DNA of 64,000 nucleotides, from NCBI GenBank assembly GCA_019429005.1, contig JAHYJR010000003.1:32001-96000 (forward strand), in the 5' to 3' direction. The translations under genes were made by a program, and so were the position numbers. Below the pieces are notes generated by a model, which worked only from the letters and a program-made list of their open reading frames with translations, was not told the origin of the DNA and searched no databases. This document shows positions 60,209 through 64,000 of the stretch, piece after piece (the stretch's first letter is position 1; each line of letters opens with the position of its first letter). The stretch is from Nanobdellati archaeon. Lineage in GTDB: Archaea; EX4484-52; GLR71.

Positions 60209-61684
60209 ATGATTAAAGAAATCAAAATAAATAATAATAATAAATCGTTAATGGGTACCCCCAAAGAAATGAGACTCATTCTTCAAAAAATTGGATATGA
60301 TAATGTTATTGTTTATGGATACGCTGGTACGCTTATTGCAGATAGTATCGATGACGAAACTAATGAAAAAATGAAAGATTTTAACAGAAAAAAATTACTA
60401 TCTAACGTAACATACCATGAAACACCGATAGGTACAATATATAACACAGAGGGTAGTCTAAATAAACATGCAATTGCAGATGACCTTAAAATAGCAGTAC
60501 TTGATAAAGAAATAGAATCTCAAGAACTTGTTGCCACAATAAAAACAGTTGCAGATCAAGTTTCAAAATATATTGGTGATGAATTATTAACAGGAACTGG
60601 TACTTTATCAGCAATAAGTGCCTATTTTAGCAGCACCCTTACAGACGAAGATATTAATAAATATCCAGAATATTTTAATGAAAAAAATGGACAGATAACA
60701 CTTTCTGAAGAAGGAAACAACATGCTAAATATACTTAAAGACAGTTGGGATTATCTTCCACGAAATCTACGTTCTGCATGTAAAATGAATATAAAACCAT
60801 ATCTTTTAGAAGTATTTAAAGATGTATCTGAAAATATACCCGTACAACTGGATAAATTCCAAGATTATATTCAAAAAGAATTAACATCAGAAACAATCAA
60901 GAAAAAAATCGACCAAGATTCTAAATTATTACGAAAATTAATTGATGATGGATATTATTGTGATTATTTTATTAATACAGATTATGATGAATTAATAAAA
61001 ATCATAGAAATGGATCAAAATAATTTAATCAACAATGAGACTTTTAAGAAAATAAAAAAATCAATACCTGTAAGACATCTAGACTCACAAAAATACCAAC
61101 GACATCAAAAGGATAAAAAATATTATGAACTAGAACAAGAACATAAATTATATAACGAATGGGGAAAAAAAATAAAAGATACAATAATGTCAATTGAAAC
61201 AAACCAAAAAATAATCGAAGGACATGGTATAGACCCATTAAAACAACTAAAAATGCTTGAAGATACAGGATATATTTTTTTAAGAGAAGATGATAAAAAA
61301 ATAAATATATACAAAGGACAAAACTTTAATCTGCTTAATGAGGATAACACATCTTTCTGTCCAATAGGTCTTTCAGATAAATGGGATTCATGGAAAATTG
61401 AAAGACAGGGAAATATAACAATTTTAACAAAATATTTTAAAAATGTAAATGATAAATTAATAAGAATCTCAGTTAATTCATTAGGAAAATATAGCGTTGA
61501 AGGTAATGATCTAACTGTTTTTGATGAAAATGTTAAAAAGGAATTAAATCTTGTTGAAGAAGTTATAAATTATAATCTTCCTAAAAACAAACGCAAAACT
61601 TTAGATTGGACAGAATATAATGAATCACAACCAAAAACAAATACAATAAAACCTGTTAAACAAATCAAAAAACAATTATTTTAA
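60209..61684 (+). CDS. Hypothetical protein, about 490 aa
   Basis: Long ORF; SD-like AGGTG before the ATG at 60209; no recognised motif. Confidence 0.75.
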   Translation: MIKEIKINNNNKSLMGTPKEMRLILQKIGYDNVIVYGYAGTLIADSIDDETNEKMKDFNRKKLLSNVTYHETPIGTIYNTEGSLNKHAIADDLKIAVLDKEIESQELVATIKTVADQVSKYIGDELLTGTGTLSAISAYFSSTLTDEDINKYPEYFNEKNGQITLSEEGNNMLNILKDSWDYLPRNLRSACKMNIKPYLLEVFKDVSENIPVQLDKFQDYIQKELTSETIKKKIDQDSKLLRKLIDDGYYCDYFINTDYDELIKIIEMDQNNLINNETFKKIKKSIPVRHLDSQKYQRHQKDKKYYELEQEHKLYNEWGKKIKDTIMSIETNQKIIEGHGIDPLKQLKMLEDTGYIFLREDDKKINIYKGQNFNLLNEDNTSFCPIGLSDKWDSWKIERQGNITILTKYFKNVNDKLIRISVNSLGKYSVEGNDLTVFDENVKKELNLVEEVINYNLPKNKRKTLDWTEYNESQPKTNTIKPVKQIKKQLF

Positions 61685-61721
61685 TAATAAACGACCAATA
61701 CAAATATTATAAGGTAAGATT

Positions 61722-62021
61722 ATAGATATTAAAGAAGCTCAAGACACAGTTTATGAACACTTAGTAAAGATATGTTATACAAAAAGCGAGACAACACCAA
61801 CACATTCATTTTTGCATCTTGTTGAAGAAGTGGGTGAAGTCTCAAGAACATTGTTATACAAAGAAACAGAACGTGTTAACTTCAAAAATAACACAGATCC
61901 AGGTAAACTTGAAGATGAGATTGCTGACATATTCTGGCAGACACTCAAACTAGCGTAATATCTAAAAATAGATCTTGACCAAGCATTCATCAATAAGCTA
62001 GAAAAAAATAGGAATAAATAA
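61722..62021 (+). pseudogene. mazG: MazG-like NTP pyrophosphohydrolase pseudogene
   Basis: Frame from 61722 reads IDIKEAQ...LVEEVGEV...LEDEIADIF...LA*YLKIDL...KNRNK*. ATA sits where ATG is expected after AAGGT, and there is an in-frame TAA at 61956. Confidence 0.85.
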
Positions 62022-62105
62022 AACTCAAAAACAGATAAACAAATATCTAATAATTTATCAAAAAAATAAACCCAATATTAAATATATAACATAACAAATA
62101 TTATC

Positions 62106-62756
62106 ATGGAACAACAAAAAATTATCAATAAAACTATTGATTTTGTAAAAGAAACATTACAAGATACAGAAAGTGGCCACGACTGGTGGCATACATATCG
62201 TGTCTGGAAACTATCTAAACACATTGCAAAAACAGAAAATGCAGATAATTTTATTGTTGAATTAGGCGCACTATTACATGATATAGCAGATTCAAAATTT
62301 CATGATAAAAACGAAAATATTGGACCCAAAAAAGCAGAAGAATTTCTAAAAACCTTAAACTTAGACAGTAATATTATAGAACAGATCAAGAATATTATAA
62401 GTAACATATCTTTCAGAACACGGAATGAGACAACATTCAAATCAGTAGAACTTGACATTATACAAGATGCAGACCGCTTAGATGCACTTGGAGCTATCGG
62501 TATTGCAAGAGCCTTCAATTTCGGTGGCCATAAAAACAACACAATATATAATCCCTATATAAAACCAAATACTAACATGACAAAAGAAGAATACAAAATG
62601 CGAGATAAACCGACAATAAATCATTTCTATGAGAAACTCTTATTATTAAAAGATCTTATGAACACAAAAGGCGGACAAAAAATTGCAGAACAAAGACACG
62701 CATTTATGGAACAATACCTTACCGAATTCTATAATGAATGGGAAGGTAAATCATAA
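62106..62756 (+). CDS. HD-domain phosphohydrolase (YedJ/YpgQ-like)
   Basis: GHDWWH, LLHDIAD, QDADRLDALGAIG, HFYEKLL. Confidence 0.93.
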   Translation: MEQQKIINKTIDFVKETLQDTESGHDWWHTYRVWKLSKHIAKTENADNFIVELGALLHDIADSKFHDKNENIGPKKAEEFLKTLNLDSNIIEQIKNIISNISFRTRNETTFKSVELDIIQDADRLDALGAIGIARAFNFGGHKNNTIYNPYIKPNTNMTKEEYKMRDKPTINHFYEKLLLLKDLMNTKGGQKIAEQRHAFMEQYLTEFYNEWEGKS

Positions 62757-62807
62757 AGATATTAAAAAAACATAAAGCTTTTAAAGAGAATCCTATTAAA
62801 TAAAATC

Positions 62808-63347
62808 ATGAAAATCTTAGTTGACATGGATGGAGTTATTGCAGATTTCGAAAAAGGATTCCTGACCAATTTCACAGAAAAATACCCTGAAGAACAATTC
62901 ATACCACTTAATAAAAGAACAGAGTTCAAACCACGAGATCAATACACAATAAAACAAAAACCTCTTGTTGAAAGCATATACAACGCACCTGGTTTTTATA
63001 CGTCCTTACCGCCTATTGATGGTGGACTTGACGCATTAAAAGAAATTTCAGATAAAGGCCATAATGTATTTATTTGTACATCGCCACTTTCAAACTATCA
63101 AAATTGTGTTTCTGAAAAATATCAATGGGTAGATAATAACCTTGGTATAGATTGGACTAAAAAAATTATTATTATAAAAGATAAGACATTAATTTCAGCA
63201 GACCTACTTATCGACGATAAACCCGAAATAACAGGTTTAGAAACGCCATCATGGGAACATATAATATATGACCAACCATATAATCAAAATGTTAATTATA
63301 AAAGACGGATTAATTGGGCGAATTATAAAACTATTTTAGACCTTTAA
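62808..63347 (+). CDS. 5'(3')-deoxyribonucleotidase (NT5C/HAD)
   Basis: DMDGV, ICTSP, EKYQWV, DKT...LLIDDKP, QPYN. Confidence 0.93.
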   Translation: MKILVDMDGVIADFEKGFLTNFTEKYPEEQFIPLNKRTEFKPRDQYTIKQKPLVESIYNAPGFYTSLPPIDGGLDALKEISDKGHNVFICTSPLSNYQNCVSEKYQWVDNNLGIDWTKKIIIIKDKTLISADLLIDDKPEITGLETPSWEHIIYDQPYNQNVNYKRRINWANYKTILDL

Positions 63348-63481
63348 AAACGTACTCTTGTAACACACTAACCTATAAACCAAAATTACTTTTTTCTTAA
63401 AAACACAACTAAATCAACATAAAATCACTAATTTTATTATAATATATAATATATTTAAAATTTACTCGACATCATAACATT

Positions 63482-64000
63482 ATGAATCCAGATATAATCA
63501 TATCTAATCCAAAAAAACTTGAAATTCTTAAAAATAAAATAGCTTTAGATGGAATAAAAAACATACATATTATCTCTGATTTTGACAGAACCTTTACAAA
63601 AGCATTTGTTAATAGACAAAAAGTACCGTCTATGATTTCAGAATTACCTAATGGAAATTACTTAACAGACGATTATGCAAAAAAAGCTCATGCACTTTTC
63701 AATAAATACCATCCTATTGAAATAGATATAAACATAACCGAAGAAAACAAAAAAAAGCTATGCATACTTGGTGGACTGAACATTTCAACCTTCTTATTGA
63801 ATCTAAACTAAACAAAAAAGATCTTGATAAAGTAATAACCTCCGAAAATATCTGTCTTAGAGATGGCTCATATGAATTCATAAAAACCTTACATACAAAT
63901 AATATACCGCTTATCATCATGTCTTCAAACGGTCTTGGTGGCGATACAATTTCAATGTTTCTTGAAAAAGAAAAAAGATTATATAATAATATTCACATAA
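63482..64000 (+). pseudogene. Pyrimidine 5'-nucleotidase (UMPH-1/NT5C3-like) with a -1 frameshift; runs off the window
   Basis: ISDFDRT...YHPIE in frame 0. The -1 frame after the A8 run at 63749-63756 gives AMHTWWTEHF...LRDG..EF...IPLIIMS..GLGGD. Confidence 0.8.

Noticed and set aside
61956-61958. Stop-codon reassignment explaining the TAA in mazG
   Set aside because: TAA ends many intact genes here and the start codon is also mutated, so pseudogenisation is simpler.

Overview
Low-GC archaeal chromosomal DNA. The gene content suggests a DPANN-type lineage (inference): PAN, Kae1, aMBF1, an archaeal pilin, a Methanococcales/DPANN-type S-layer protein, form II/III RuBisCO and TATA/BRE promoters. 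Positions 1-32 kb form a cell-surface locus. It holds a giant secreted protein of at least 6,691 aa that is absent from the ORF track because it runs off the left edge, plus a 2,110-aa membrane-anchored TIG/Ig-repeat protein with a coupled membrane partner, TtuA/NcsA, MinD and the S-layer gene. The S-layer gene is bracketed by two different 5 x 22-bp A-tract arrays. Positions 33-50 kb are mostly housekeeping (PAN, degenerate ThiI, Kae1, CimA, Ogg, Trm9-like MTase, aMBF1, tRNA-Arg(CCT)), with a large pilin carrying four apparently inactive PLD/TrmB-fold repeats and a surface subtilase. Positions 50-64 kb are accessory: a candidate micro-ORF operon, a ZIP transporter, a three-gene pseudogene mosaic (RMD1 / inverted rpl14 / thrC), form II/III RuBisCO, an arsR-trx-arsP operon and a nucleotide-dephosphorylation cluster with a mazG pseudogene and a frameshifted pyrimidine nucleotidase. 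No CRISPR array, rRNA, transposase or integrase was seen. All family assignments come from recognising motifs by eye; no database search was run.
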